Source of the DNA: Magnetococcales bacterium
GTDB lineage: Bacteria; Pseudomonadota; Magnetococcia; Magnetococcales; JADFYX01
NCBI GenBank assembly: GCA_015231305.1
Contig: JADGBW010000004.1
Location: 1,314 to 65,313 of the forward strand
DNA: 64,000 nucleotides
Direction of reading: 5' to 3'
The notes under the pieces are model-generated. The model did not search any database. It saw nothing but the letters and a program-made list of their open reading frames with translations, and had not been told where the DNA came from. Below, one piece after another: positions 7,498 to 17,718 of this stretch. The translations under genes and the position numbers were made by a program. Positions within the stretch are counted from its first letter, which is position 1, and each line of letters opens with the position of its first letter.

Positions 7498-10400
7498 TTA
7501 AACCTCTTGTTTAGGCTCATCCCTAACAATTATTTTGTCGGAATCTTCAATTAAATCCAATGGGGCGTTAATTCCAGATGGCCCTCTTTCTCCATTTAGA
7601 TAAGCCATTGTATTCTCTAAAAAGTTATTGGTTTTAAAAATTTGCCCTTCCAATATTCTTAAAGAGTCAACTTTTCCTGTTAAAATAATCTCCTTCAATG
7701 TTGTAAGAGACATAAGTTGGGAACGACCAGTCTCTAAAAACATTGGGACAGATTGCAAAAATAGATTGCGATCTTGAATAAAGTTTAACTTTTCTTGAGT
7801 ATCTTTTTTAGGATTTTGAAGCTCAGCATTTAGCCTGCCTTCTTGAATATATATATTAGCGATAGATTTAAAAGATTGCGAAATCATCACCTTGGTTTTC
7901 TCTATTGTTTTATCCATAAAAGTTAATAAAAATACCTTAGACTCGATATCTTTCTTTATGGTTAGCATATCTTTTTCAAGCTTTGTGGCTATTTGCAATA
8001 TAGAAAAGTCGTGGTTGCTATCATCCATACTTAATTTGGTGAGAAGTAGGTTTACCTTGCTTTCATTGTTATCATCGACATCCATTAGGTCTAGTCTGTT
8101 ACTGCCCCACAAACTAATAATAAAACTATCTAAAGATGATAGGTCTCGTTGAAGAATGTTTAGTCCTACTGCCTCTTCAATTATCTCACGATGTATAAAT
8201 TTATCAAAAATAGATGCAATAGGTCGCAGTGTGTCAGTGCGGATTTTGGTAAGAATAGATACAGTCTGTTTCCTTTCAAAAGATAACCTTCTTACAATAT
8301 CCAGTGTTACCCGAAGCTTATCTGCCAAGAGATCAGCTTTTCTTTCAAGTATTGATGCGTCACTTTCTTTAGTTAACAATACTGCCGGTATTTCGATAAT
8401 AGATGAGTTGCCAATGATGTTATTAAAAAGAGCATTATCAATACGCAAACCTTGACCAGATGACATACCCAAAACTGTTAATAACTCTCTTTCAAATAAT
8501 AGACACTCATCATGGTTTTTTTGTATTTTCAAAACCCGTTTAAGCTCTTGATGCTGTGGTATATCATCCAAAACATTTAAAAGTGGGTTTAATATCTCTT
8601 TCTTGATTTTTGGTAGCTTTTCGCTAAGCAAGCTGGTTAATAATGGTCGGTATGGTGTAAGTGAGTCTATGTAAAGATGAGATTTTTTCTGCAAAACTGC
8701 CTGATCTACCATCCAGTTATTACGAGTTATAGAAAAGTTAAAATCAGAACGGGCAATAGGCCGTGAAAATAGATTGTAGACAAGATCAGATATCCACCTA
8801 TTTTTTACTTTGCGTCCGAATATCCCACCCCCAGAATGGAGAATTATCAAGACATTATGATGTAACTTCATATTACGAGATTGCGTCGCAAACTCAGGAT
8901 ACATTTCATATAGTTCATCAATTATATTAGCAATATATTCTATTTCTAACTGGAACTGATCCTCATTTTTACTCATATGGCTGCTGATTTTTTTATGTCT
9001 TGTCTCAAAGTGGTCTTGACTAATGGAAAACGGCTGGAACAGTTCACCATATAGACGATTGAGTAGCGGAGGAAGAAGTGATTCTGGATCGGCAAGTATT
9101 TTTCGGGTCATGGACTGCCGAGCATTATAGACCTCTGCATAGCGTATTCTGGTTGTAGAAAAGAGGCCAAAAAACCAAAAGCGGAATTTTTCTCCAGCGG
9201 TCATACGTGAGTGATCTTTAACAAATGGAGCAAGGCTTTCTAGGTATTGATGATAGACCCAGTGCAGAACAGGAGTTCTTGGGCAGGAAAGATGTGGAAT
9301 AGTCGAGCGAATATCTGGACGAGCTAAAAATGAGCGAATACGCTGTATATACTCATCTTCCCATGTTTGAAAACGTTTGATGTTCTCTTGCAAGAAATGC
9401 TGGTCACGTCGCCCCCAACGGGCAACCATTGTGCTGTAGAAAATTGGGTCGGAAAGATCCATAAACACAGCGATAAATAAAATCCAAAAAAGAATAGATG
9501 CGCCAACTGCTGCGCCGTACCTCTCTAAAAGAAGTGATTTTAACTCCATAACACTGCGACGTTCTGCCATGGGAATTTCGCTCTGGTTGAGCTGATCAAT
9601 GGCTTCAACACGGGGAATTTCAATTTTAACATCAATTGTATATTCAGTGTTACTAGGTATGCCTACTTTATCAACCTCTCTTAAAAAATTGATATGGGAC
9701 TCTGCTAAACGGTTGATAGCGTTGGCAGCTGTACCAAACTCACCTTTGTTTTTCTCCATCAAAGCAACTACTTCTTGCACGCTCTGGTTAACATGATAGG
9801 CCTCTAAGTTAAACAGAGCCGTTATTTCATCTATGGAGTAAGATTGCAGGGTCATTTTGTCTGCTAATGCGTCCATGCGTTTATTAACAGCACCATTCAT
9901 TTTGGAATATTGGCCCTGATAAACCCTTAGGATTTTGTTTAATTTATCTTCAAGTGAGATGGTTAAATCCAGGTCAGATTTTTGCAACATTCTATCAAGT
10001 TTTTTATTAAACTTAGAGTTGCCAATTGCCCGGACAACATCATGTTTTCCAGGCTTGTAACCACCATGAATTATATAGTATTTAGACCAATAGCGTGGTC
10101 CTTTACTGGCGATACCACTAGATGCTACCCCCATCATTTCATCTTCTACAACTTGGTCAAACTGTTTGGTGCTAGTTGCAATTTTCTTCTCCAACAAACC
10201 TTTTAGGTCTTGTAGAGAGTCTGGGTTATCCGGGTCAATATCTTTTGCATCACCCAAAGCCCTGCCGACTCTTTCTTGGATAAGCTCTAACTGATAGGCA
10301 AGATCTTGTGTTTTAGAAAAAAGCAGGACAATGCCGTCATAGTTGGTCCATATAGAACCCATGGTAAAAAATAGGGAGAGTATCATCCAGCGCGGAAAGC

Positions 10401-11202
10401 GTTTAAAGGCATCTAAAAAGCCTTGGAACACTTTTCCAGTTTCTGCCACGCCCTGAAAAAGACGGTCTTTGAAGTCTAAAATTATGGAAGATAGCACAAC
10501 GCCAAAGGTTAAAGTTAATATTAGGCGTATATTTTCATGTTGAGCACCCAATAGAAAATCACCAAATATTGATACAGCAATATCGTGTTGTACAAGATCA
10601 TTCACACCCTTGGCGGTGGTTAAGGTAGAACCGATAAATAGTAGAAGCCCCAAGATAATTTTACCTATGGAGAGAAAGGAGCCAAAGGTTTCTAATATTT
10701 TATCCTCAAGGCGTATCATAGAGCCTTCCCGGCCCCATAAATATCTTAAGGATCTAGACACTTTCATTGCTTGAGGTAAGTTTTCCCCGGCCTCTTTTTG
10801 GCTTGCTGCAAATGCATTTTGTATTGCGGATACGTTTAGCTTATATATCAACGCTGTTAGTTCGTAAAATGGATTTTCCGATAACATGGCCTCACTACCT
10901 TGAGCAAGACCTTTTTGAAATATTTGAAATTTTTGTGTTGTTGGGGGGGTGCTTTGAGTAACTTCACTTTTTGCTTCAACCAGTAGTGCTTGGCGAAGTC
11001 TCTCGGCCGCTTTTGTTACTTTGCTTAGCTGGTCGGGATCGGCATAATCAAGTAGTTGTTTTTTGTTTTGTTCGGTTACCTGCGCGGTTTTGGTATTGGC
11101 AACCATATCAGGAAAAAATGAAAATGGTTCATCTGGCTCAAGACTACCACTAAAACATTTTTCGCTTAGACGACCATAATGTATAAAAAAAGAGTTTTCC
11201 AT
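7498..11202 (-). CDS. large hypothetical membrane protein with long helical / coiled-coil regions
   Basis: This is an uninterrupted 1234-aa ORF. Hydrophobic helices include FGSFLSIGKIILGLLLFIGSTLTTA, ILTLTFGVVLSSIILDF, RWMILSLFFTMGSIWTNYDGIVLLF and GAAVGASILFWILFIAVFMDL. I saw no Walker A, nuclease, protease or kinase motif. Confidence 0.7.
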   Translation of the reverse strand: MENSFFIHYGRLSEKCFSGSLEPDEPFSFFPDMVANTKTAQVTEQNKKQLLDYADPDQLSKVTKAAERLRQALLVEAKSEVTQSTPPTTQKFQIFQKGLAQGSEAMLSENPFYELTALIYKLNVSAIQNAFAASQKEAGENLPQAMKVSRSLRYLWGREGSMIRLEDKILETFGSFLSIGKIILGLLLFIGSTLTTAKGVNDLVQHDIAVSIFGDFLLGAQHENIRLILTLTFGVVLSSIILDFKDRLFQGVAETGKVFQGFLDAFKRFPRWMILSLFFTMGSIWTNYDGIVLLFSKTQDLAYQLELIQERVGRALGDAKDIDPDNPDSLQDLKGLLEKKIATSTKQFDQVVEDEMMGVASSGIASKGPRYWSKYYIIHGGYKPGKHDVVRAIGNSKFNKKLDRMLQKSDLDLTISLEDKLNKILRVYQGQYSKMNGAVNKRMDALADKMTLQSYSIDEITALFNLEAYHVNQSVQEVVALMEKNKGEFGTAANAINRLAESHINFLREVDKVGIPSNTEYTIDVKIEIPRVEAIDQLNQSEIPMAERRSVMELKSLLLERYGAAVGASILFWILFIAVFMDLSDPIFYSTMVARWGRRDQHFLQENIKRFQTWEDEYIQRIRSFLARPDIRSTIPHLSCPRTPVLHWVYHQYLESLAPFVKDHSRMTAGEKFRFWFFGLFSTTRIRYAEVYNARQSMTRKILADPESLLPPLLNRLYGELFQPFSISQDHFETRHKKISSHMSKNEDQFQLEIEYIANIIDELYEMYPEFATQSRNMKLHHNVLIILHSGGGIFGRKVKNRWISDLVYNLFSRPIARSDFNFSITRNNWMVDQAVLQKKSHLYIDSLTPYRPLLTSLLSEKLPKIKKEILNPLLNVLDDIPQHQELKRVLKIQKNHDECLLFERELLTVLGMSSGQGLRIDNALFNNIIGNSSIIEIPAVLLTKESDASILERKADLLADKLRVTLDIVRRLSFERKQTVSILTKIRTDTLRPIASIFDKFIHREIIEEAVGLNILQRDLSSLDSFIISLWGSNRLDLMDVDDNNESKVNLLLTKLSMDDSNHDFSILQIATKLEKDMLTIKKDIESKVFLLTFMDKTIEKTKVMISQSFKSIANIYIQEGRLNAELQNPKKDTQEKLNFIQDRNLFLQSVPMFLETGRSQLMSLTTLKEIILTGKVDSLRILEGQIFKTNNFLENTMAYLNGERGPSGINAPLDLIEDSDKIIVRDEPKQEV

Positions 11203-11392
11203 ATTCTAACCTGTATCAACCTGGATAATTGACTATCTATTCTAAACAAAGAATATTTTAAAGGGAAATAAGCCTTTTGCCCCGGAAACTTTCTAAATTG
11301 GTATAGCCCTTAATAATAATTCTATTTTTAGCTAGTAGCAATTATTTCTATATATATTTCAGTATTTTCACAGGAATGGGCAATGTTTTGTA

Positions 11393-14038
11393 TCAGGACT
11401 CTCTGATTTTACCGGCCAGTTTATTAAGAATTCTTCCAGACTCCAAAATCTGCTCTAGGGTTATTTCAAACTGGTCAAGATGAGAATCTAGACCAGTAAG
11501 TTTTGTGTTTCCCTCTTTTTCTTGCTGTTTTATGGCTGAAGATAAGTTTTTGATAACAGTAAAAAAATCTTGTGCTGCTATGTTGCTAGCTGTACCGCCA
11601 GTTTTGTGTAAGAAACTCCTTGCATCTTGGGAGTTGCCTTTGGCAACAATTTCCCGCAACTCTTTACCAAGGCCCTGGTTTTTTTCATAAAACATCATTA
11701 GAAGACGGGCAAATAGTGTTTTATTATCACCAAGAATATCCAGCCCAAGTTTTATATCTATCCCTGGTAGTTCTGAGGGAAAAATATTTGTAAAGTCCAA
11801 CTTTTCTTTGGTATTTTGTGTTTTTGTAGCATCTTTTTTATTGTTTGTTGGTTTAATAAATTTTAACAGACAGCGAAACAGCAATTTAACATCGATGGGT
11901 TTGTTAATATGATCATTCATTCCTGCTGCTAAAGTGTTCTCCCTGTCTTGGGGAGTAGCGTTGGCGGTCATAGCTAATATTGGTAAAGCTATATTGTCTG
12001 GGTTATTGCGAATAATCCTAGTTGCTTGATAACCATCCATAATGGGCATTTGGACATCCATAAGAACAGCATCAAATTTTTGTTTTTTTGTCTCTAAAGC
12101 AATAACAGCTTCATAACCATCATTAACTACTTCTACTTTTAACCCTTCACGCTCTAAAATCTCTTTTGCTACTTCTTGGTTAATTTCATTGTCTTCTACT
12201 ATAAGAATTCGTGCACCTATAATAGGAGCTAGTGAAGGTTTATCGCTCTTGCTTAATGGAGTATTAAAACTTTCTCTTGCTTTGATTTCGTCAGTGTTTA
12301 AATATTTTGTTTTGTCACTATTTGCCTTAATAAAACTAGCAGTAAAGCTGAAAGTGCTCCCCTTACCAAGCTCGCTCTCAACCCATATTTTCCCACCCAT
12401 TATCTCTGCCAGCTGCTTACTAATTGACAAACCCAAACCAGTACCGCCAAATTTACGGGTGGTAGAGCTATCACCTTGGTTAAAAGGTTTAAACAGCTCG
12501 GCCTGTTGCTCTTGATGCATGCCAATGCCACTATCTTGTACTGAAAATTGATAAACAATTCTCTCTTGAGTTTGGTTTAAGCTAGAATCGTCAGTTGGAT
12601 GTTCTAGTGTAGTTAGTTCATTAGATTTTTTTGATGTATCAAGTGATGTTGCGGTTATCTTGTTGGTATCGTTTTGTGTTTGTAGCTGGCTTGCAACTGC
12701 TTTTTCTTGGTTTAAGGTTTCAATGAATATTTTGATAAAGCCAGTTTCAGTAAATTTAACGGCGTTATCAAGAAGGTTTGTTATAATTTGCCCTAATCTT
12801 AGGGGGTCGCCAACTAACATACAGGGTAATTTTTCTGGAAAAGACAGTAGTAGCTTAACTCCCTTAGAACTACTTTTTTGCTCTGCTAACATAATTACGT
12901 TGTGCAGTAGCTCGTTTAAATTAAATTCAGTGGTTTCTAGGTCTAGTTTTCCTGCTTCTATTTTAGAAAAGTCCAGAATATTATTAATAATATTAAGAAG
13001 AATTTGTGAAGAGAAACTTATTTTATTGAGGTAATTTTTCTGTTTAGCTGTTAGTTCTGTTTGTAAAAGTAGGTGGCCTAAACCAACAATTGCATTCATT
13101 GGAGTACGTATTTCATGGCTCATATTAGCCAAGAATATACTTTTTGCCTTAGTTGACTCTTCGGCAATTTGTTTAGCTTTTGAAAGCTGCTCATCTTGTT
13201 GGCAGCGTACAATTATACCAGCTAAAGTACTTGTTATAACTCTTAAAAATATCTCTTCTTCATCGGTGGGTGTATGCCCTTTATCCACATAAAGGTTAAG
13301 TACACCTAATAGCTTTTCTCCCATTAATATTGGTAAACAGTAGTGACCATGGTCAACTATGCCGGCAAAAGTATTGCTGTGTTTTTCGTCCATGTGGCTA
13401 ACAAATACTGTTTGTTTGTTTTGTGCTGCAAGGCCACAAATACAGTGGCCTTTTGGTACTGTTGAGCAGAGAGAAAGTAGGGGAGTTGAAAGCCCATAAT
13501 GAACCTTAAGGTAGAGTTCTTGTTTGTTTTCATCCCATAAAAATATTGCACCTTTTGGTTGTAGGGCAAACCAGGGTATAGCTGTAATGAGGAACATAGC
13601 CTCTTCAAGATGTTCTGATAACGATAGGGGTTCTAATGAGTCTAATAACAGGCGGTTGGTTACTGCCCTAGTTTGGCTATGGCGTTCGAGGTCTTTATTG
13701 TGTTGGACTATCTTTTTAGATTGTTTTCTAAATTCTGTTAATAGTAGCTCTTTTTCTTTTTTTATAGCACTTAAAGAGTTTGTTTGTTGTGAAAGATTTT
13801 GTTCAACTTGCTCTAAGTGCAAGTTTTGTTTAGTCACGTGCTCTTGTATTAGGTAGATGGCAATAACACCAATTACCCAGATAACAAAGTGTGCAAATAT
13901 AATGGTAATTGAGGATGTGTCTATTTCTGAGTTAGTGGCGGATAAGATATCGATTAAATGCAGGTTCCAGAGTAGGGAGACCGTGGCAGTCAAACTCAAA
14001 ATCAAAAATGGCAGAACGGTTATGATCCTGTTTTTCAT
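11393..14038 (-). CDS. hybrid sensor histidine kinase / response regulator (TM-GAF-HisKA-HATPase-REC-HPt)
   Basis: 881 aa. It has an H-box (SHEIRTPMNAI), N-box (DNAVKFT), G1 (DSGIGM) and G2 (GGTGLGLSI). The REC domain reads ILIVEDNEINQ...LMDVQMPIMDG. The HPt domain reads HKTGGTASNIAA. Two N-terminal TM helices and a GAF-like segment precede these. Confidence 0.95.
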   Translation of the reverse strand: MKNRIITVLPFLILSLTATVSLLWNLHLIDILSATNSEIDTSSITIIFAHFVIWVIGVIAIYLIQEHVTKQNLHLEQVEQNLSQQTNSLSAIKKEKELLLTEFRKQSKKIVQHNKDLERHSQTRAVTNRLLLDSLEPLSLSEHLEEAMFLITAIPWFALQPKGAIFLWDENKQELYLKVHYGLSTPLLSLCSTVPKGHCICGLAAQNKQTVFVSHMDEKHSNTFAGIVDHGHYCLPILMGEKLLGVLNLYVDKGHTPTDEEEIFLRVITSTLAGIIVRCQQDEQLSKAKQIAEESTKAKSIFLANMSHEIRTPMNAIVGLGHLLLQTELTAKQKNYLNKISFSSQILLNIINNILDFSKIEAGKLDLETTEFNLNELLHNVIMLAEQKSSSKGVKLLLSFPEKLPCMLVGDPLRLGQIITNLLDNAVKFTETGFIKIFIETLNQEKAVASQLQTQNDTNKITATSLDTSKKSNELTTLEHPTDDSSLNQTQERIVYQFSVQDSGIGMHQEQQAELFKPFNQGDSSTTRKFGGTGLGLSISKQLAEIMGGKIWVESELGKGSTFSFTASFIKANSDKTKYLNTDEIKARESFNTPLSKSDKPSLAPIIGARILIVEDNEINQEVAKEILEREGLKVEVVNDGYEAVIALETKKQKFDAVLMDVQMPIMDGYQATRIIRNNPDNIALPILAMTANATPQDRENTLAAGMNDHINKPIDVKLLFRCLLKFIKPTNNKKDATKTQNTKEKLDFTNIFPSELPGIDIKLGLDILGDNKTLFARLLMMFYEKNQGLGKELREIVAKGNSQDARSFLHKTGGTASNIAAQDFFTVIKNLSSAIKQQEKEGNTKLTGLDSHLDQFEITLEQILESGRILNKLAGKIRES

Positions 14039-14108
14039 GCAGTACCTTATTTTTTTATTACTAATTGTTCACTACTATAACCTTAAACAGAGAATTTGTA
14101 CAAATAAA

Positions 14109-14558
14109 TCACATTAATTTGGCTGCGGTTCGAACTGCTTCTTCAAGGGTCGATAAAAAACGAGAACGGTCTTTTTTGCCAAAGTTTGCCACCCGGCTTT
14201 GAAACTCACTAGTCTCTCTTAAGTGAGCATTAAGATCTCGTACCGCTAATGCCATCCCTATGCTTTCTTCATCAAAGGGGCGACCCGTGGGGCCGACAAC
14301 CTGGGCTTTGTTTTCAAGGCAGCGAGCAGCAAGGGGAATATCGGAAGTCACCACAATATCAGTTGGCCCAGCCCGCTCTGCAATCCAATCATCAGCTTTG
14401 TCAGCTCCAGCATCAACAATGGTTTGACGAATAAAACGGCTAGATGGCAATCGCATCCATTGGTTACTAACCATATGCACAACTAGTTTATGCCGTTCAG
14501 CAACCCGTACTGTCTCATTTTTTACCGGGCAGGCATCGGCATCAACATAAATTTCCAT
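14109..14558 (-). CDS. YaiI/YqxD family protein (UPF0178 / DUF188)
   Basis: 149 aa. The N-terminus MEIYVDADACPVK is characteristic of this family. Confidence 0.85.
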   Translation of the reverse strand: MEIYVDADACPVKNETVRVAERHKLVVHMVSNQWMRLPSSRFIRQTIVDAGADKADDWIAERAGPTDIVVTSDIPLAARCLENKAQVVGPTGRPFDEESIGMALAVRDLNAHLRETSEFQSRVANFGKKDRSRFLSTLEEAVRTAAKLM

Positions 14559-14750
14559 TTTATACTCTCTAACCCGAAAACAAGCCGGCTTTTTAATATA
14601 TTTATATTTTTCTGGACAATATGGGCATCTAGGGTAAAAATCAAGGCGGTAGGAGGCTTAAATGGTAAGTTTGTTTAATTACTTAATTTAGGCTTACTAA
14701 CAAACAATAACCCAAACCCATGCAAAGGGTACACATTAGAAGAACAAAAA

Positions 14751-15674
14751 ATGGCAAAATATTTAATTACAGGTGGTTATGGGTTTATAGGATCACATCT
14801 AATAGATGCACTTTTGTTGCGTGGTGATTCAGTACGAATTTTAGATAACCTCTCTACTGGTAAGGTAACAAATGTTGCTGGTGAACATGAGTTTATCCAG
14901 GGTGACGTTGGTGATAATAATGTAGTAAAAGAGGCCATGGAGGGGGTGCAGGGTTGCTTTCATTTAGCTGCTATTGCCTCAGTTGAAAAGTCCAACCAAG
15001 ATTGGTCCAAAACCCACCAAAGCAACCAGACTGGCACTGTAAATGTTTTTGATGCTGCAAGGCAAAATCCAACAATACCAGTTGTCTATGCCTCGTCAGC
15101 AGCGGTATATGGTGATAATACTAATATACCTTTAGCGGAGAGTGAGCCTATCTCTCCACTTACTGCCTATGGTGCGGATAAAGCTGGGTCAGAGCTTCAT
15201 GGCAGGGTTGCAACTTTGGTCCATGGTGTACCAACAGTGGGCTTACGCTTTTTTAATGTGTTTGGGCCAAGGCAAGACCCATCTTCAGCTTATTCTGGGG
15301 TTATTTCCATATTTTTAGATCGCACATTGCGAGGTAAAGGGGTAACAATATTTGGTGATGGCGAGCAGACACGAGATTTTATTTATGTGACAGATGTAGT
15401 TGCGCATCTTTTAGCTGCAATGGAGTTAAAACCCACAAATCCTCAAGTATTTAATGTCTGTACTGGTAAGTCAATTTCTTTAAAAATAATGTTAGAGAAT
15501 ATATTTACCATAACTGGTAAAAAGATTTCAGTAAGCTACGGTCCTGCAAGGTTAGGCGACATACGCCAATCAGAAGGTTTGCCCACCATGGCAACTGAAA
15601 ATCTAGAAGTTAAAGCTCAGGTTGAGTTTAAAAATGGCTTGGCCGATCTTATAAAGTCTAAAATATCTGAGTAA
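14751..15674 (+). CDS. NAD-dependent epimerase/dehydratase (UDP-sugar 4-epimerase-like SDR)
   Basis: 307 aa. It has the Rossmann motif GGYGFIGSHL, a catalytic YxxxK (YGADK) and the extended-SDR architecture. Confidence 0.9.
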   Translation: MAKYLITGGYGFIGSHLIDALLLRGDSVRILDNLSTGKVTNVAGEHEFIQGDVGDNNVVKEAMEGVQGCFHLAAIASVEKSNQDWSKTHQSNQTGTVNVFDAARQNPTIPVVYASSAAVYGDNTNIPLAESEPISPLTAYGADKAGSELHGRVATLVHGVPTVGLRFFNVFGPRQDPSSAYSGVISIFLDRTLRGKGVTIFGDGEQTRDFIYVTDVVAHLLAAMELKPTNPQVFNVCTGKSISLKIMLENIFTITGKKISVSYGPARLGDIRQSEGLPTMATENLEVKAQVEFKNGLADLIKSKISE

Positions 15675-15699
15675 ATAAATTTTTTTTGGAATAGAGCAA

Positions 15700-17652
15700 T
15701 TATCTAGCATCTGCCATCAATAAAGAGGTAATGCCTGGTTGGTCTGGCCCAAGTGCAGACTTTAAAGAGGCTGCGCCGTAGAGACGTAGTTGATAGATCA
15801 TCCAGCCTTGAATTACCCTTTTTACGTAGTGCCTGGTTTCACCAATGGGGATATTTTCAATGAAGGTTAGAGGGTCTTCTTTTTGGCGATCTTTCCACCA
15901 TCTATCGGCTCTGGTTGGTCCTGCATTGTAGGCTGTAAGTGCAAGTATGAGATCACCGTTATAACGTTTTAACATCCGTTTGATATAAGCCTGCCCTACG
16001 GCTAAATTATAGGATGGCATTTTTAAGCGGAATGAGTTGGAAGGTAGCAGGCCAGAATCTTTTGCCTCTTGCCTAGCTGTTGCTGGTAGAAGTTGCAACA
16101 GGCCATGGGCATCAGCACTTGATCTTGCCCGGTAGAAAAACAGGCTTTCTTGCCTTGCCATACCCCATATTAAAGAGGGGTCCACCTGCCAGCCAATATA
16201 AGGTTGCCAGTTTGGTACAGGAAACAGCCCATCCCAATATTTAAGTCCTTTATTTTGTAGCACCCTGGCACTTTTTATAATGTGGTTGGGGGCGTTGAAA
16301 TATTGTGCAAGACATAGCTGATGGGTTATGTCTAGCCCATGTATTTTGGTGAAACGTTTTATTTCAGGGCCAATATAATAGTTTCGCCCTGCATCGCTAA
16401 ACATACGAAACGTCTTCATATCGTTGCGATATTTAGGGTTGTTTAAAGTGTGGCAAGATATCTCTTTATCTTTTGGTAGCTTAGGTATGAAGCCAATACT
16501 ATCTTCCATTGCGAGAAGGCCATAAAAACTTTCTGGATAGGCTATAGCTTTTTTAAACCATTTTTCTCGTTCTTGTTTATTTGGTGCGGTTTTGGCTGCC
16601 CAGTATGCACCCTGACTTCGGCGGTTTGCGCTTTTTCCCTCTAGGGCAAGCTGCATAAAGTATTGCCGTGACTGTTTTTTAAGGCCACTTAAATGAGCAT
16701 ACCAAGCTCCTAACCATAGAGAGTCTTCCAGCTTACCGCCCATCTCTTTTATATTAGGTTCCAGGAGCTTTACCGCAGTTTTTGTCTCTTTAAAAAGGGC
16801 AAAAAGTCTGGCGAGACGATAACGTTGGTTCTGCCTGCCTCGTTGGGTTAGATATGTCCCCTCTACACCCATTAGAAGCTCTTTGGCTTTTTCACGATAA
16901 CCATGACGGCGTAACCCGTTAATACGGCTTAGCCATAACTCTGGTGATTTGGCATCTTTTTCTGATAGCTTTTTTAAATAATAGTTAAATTTAACCTGCG
17001 AGTGCTTAGCTGCTTCTAAAGCAAGAAGATAGGTTCTTTTTTCCTTAGGAAGCCATTTTAAAACTTCAGCCATAGCTTTTTTATTTTTACGGTTTAAAAA
17101 ATATCGTGCACGTTTTTCGTGTTCAGCAGCGGTCATTTTTTTAAGGTTACCGCTAGTTTTTTGCATAATAGTACGAGGAAACTGTACCCCTTGGGTATAG
17201 AGCGTACGCCAGATAGCGCGGGCCTCTTTATGGCGTTTTCCATCTAGAAGAAGCTGTAAATAGCGCAGCTTAGCTACTTTAGTAACTGGAGTTTTTTTGT
17301 CATACCATGCAAGTGCTGCACTGTTTGTACTTTTTTTTGTAATGCGAACCTCTAAAAAATTACGGATACCAGAAGCTCGCGGATGGTTAGGCCAGCGGTT
17401 TATAAAGTTTTTCAACCGCTTAATAGATGCATTATATTTGGGGTGATAGAGAAGTTCTAACTCTAGATAAGATGCTAGACGATCGTTGTTGGGCCAGAGA
17501 GAGCGGTCCATTAATGGTGATATGTTGTGGTTTTTGTCTAACATAGAGAACATAGCTTTAAACTTTGCGCCATCATCCGTAATAGCCTTGGCCAACTGTG
17601 GGGTAAACCCAAGGCTAAAGACAAAGAAAAAAATGATGATACGTTGGAACAT
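15700..17652 (-). CDS. slt: soluble lytic murein transglycosylase (Slt70-like)
   Basis: 650 aa. It has a signal peptide, a long helical superhelix region and a C-terminal SLT domain with the catalytic-Glu motif (ARQESLFF...HGLLQLLPATA...AYNAGP). Confidence 0.9.
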   Translation of the reverse strand: MFQRIIIFFFVFSLGFTPQLAKAITDDGAKFKAMFSMLDKNHNISPLMDRSLWPNNDRLASYLELELLYHPKYNASIKRLKNFINRWPNHPRASGIRNFLEVRITKKSTNSAALAWYDKKTPVTKVAKLRYLQLLLDGKRHKEARAIWRTLYTQGVQFPRTIMQKTSGNLKKMTAAEHEKRARYFLNRKNKKAMAEVLKWLPKEKRTYLLALEAAKHSQVKFNYYLKKLSEKDAKSPELWLSRINGLRRHGYREKAKELLMGVEGTYLTQRGRQNQRYRLARLFALFKETKTAVKLLEPNIKEMGGKLEDSLWLGAWYAHLSGLKKQSRQYFMQLALEGKSANRRSQGAYWAAKTAPNKQEREKWFKKAIAYPESFYGLLAMEDSIGFIPKLPKDKEISCHTLNNPKYRNDMKTFRMFSDAGRNYYIGPEIKRFTKIHGLDITHQLCLAQYFNAPNHIIKSARVLQNKGLKYWDGLFPVPNWQPYIGWQVDPSLIWGMARQESLFFYRARSSADAHGLLQLLPATARQEAKDSGLLPSNSFRLKMPSYNLAVGQAYIKRMLKRYNGDLILALTAYNAGPTRADRWWKDRQKEDPLTFIENIPIGETRHYVKRVIQGWMIYQLRLYGAASLKSALGPDQPGITSLLMADAR

Positions 17653-17718
17653 AGTTTAATAACCTAGTTTTATAACTTAAATGTGGCGGTTGATAGTTAT
17701 TAGCAAAGCTAATTGAAA

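Noticed and set aside
7498-14038. The large membrane/coiled-coil protein as a Zorya ZorA-like component, or the hybrid kinase as a Detocs-type defence kinase.
   Set aside because: No ZorB/OmpA-like partner is adjacent. No receiver-effector or buffer receiver genes are adjacent either. The kinase has an ordinary GAF-HisKA-HATPase-REC-HPt layout.
14115-14135. The GGTTCGAA-like string resembles a tRNA T-arm.
   Set aside because: It is inside the YaiI-family coding sequence. No acceptor or anticodon stems can be drawn around it. I found no tRNA anywhere in the window.
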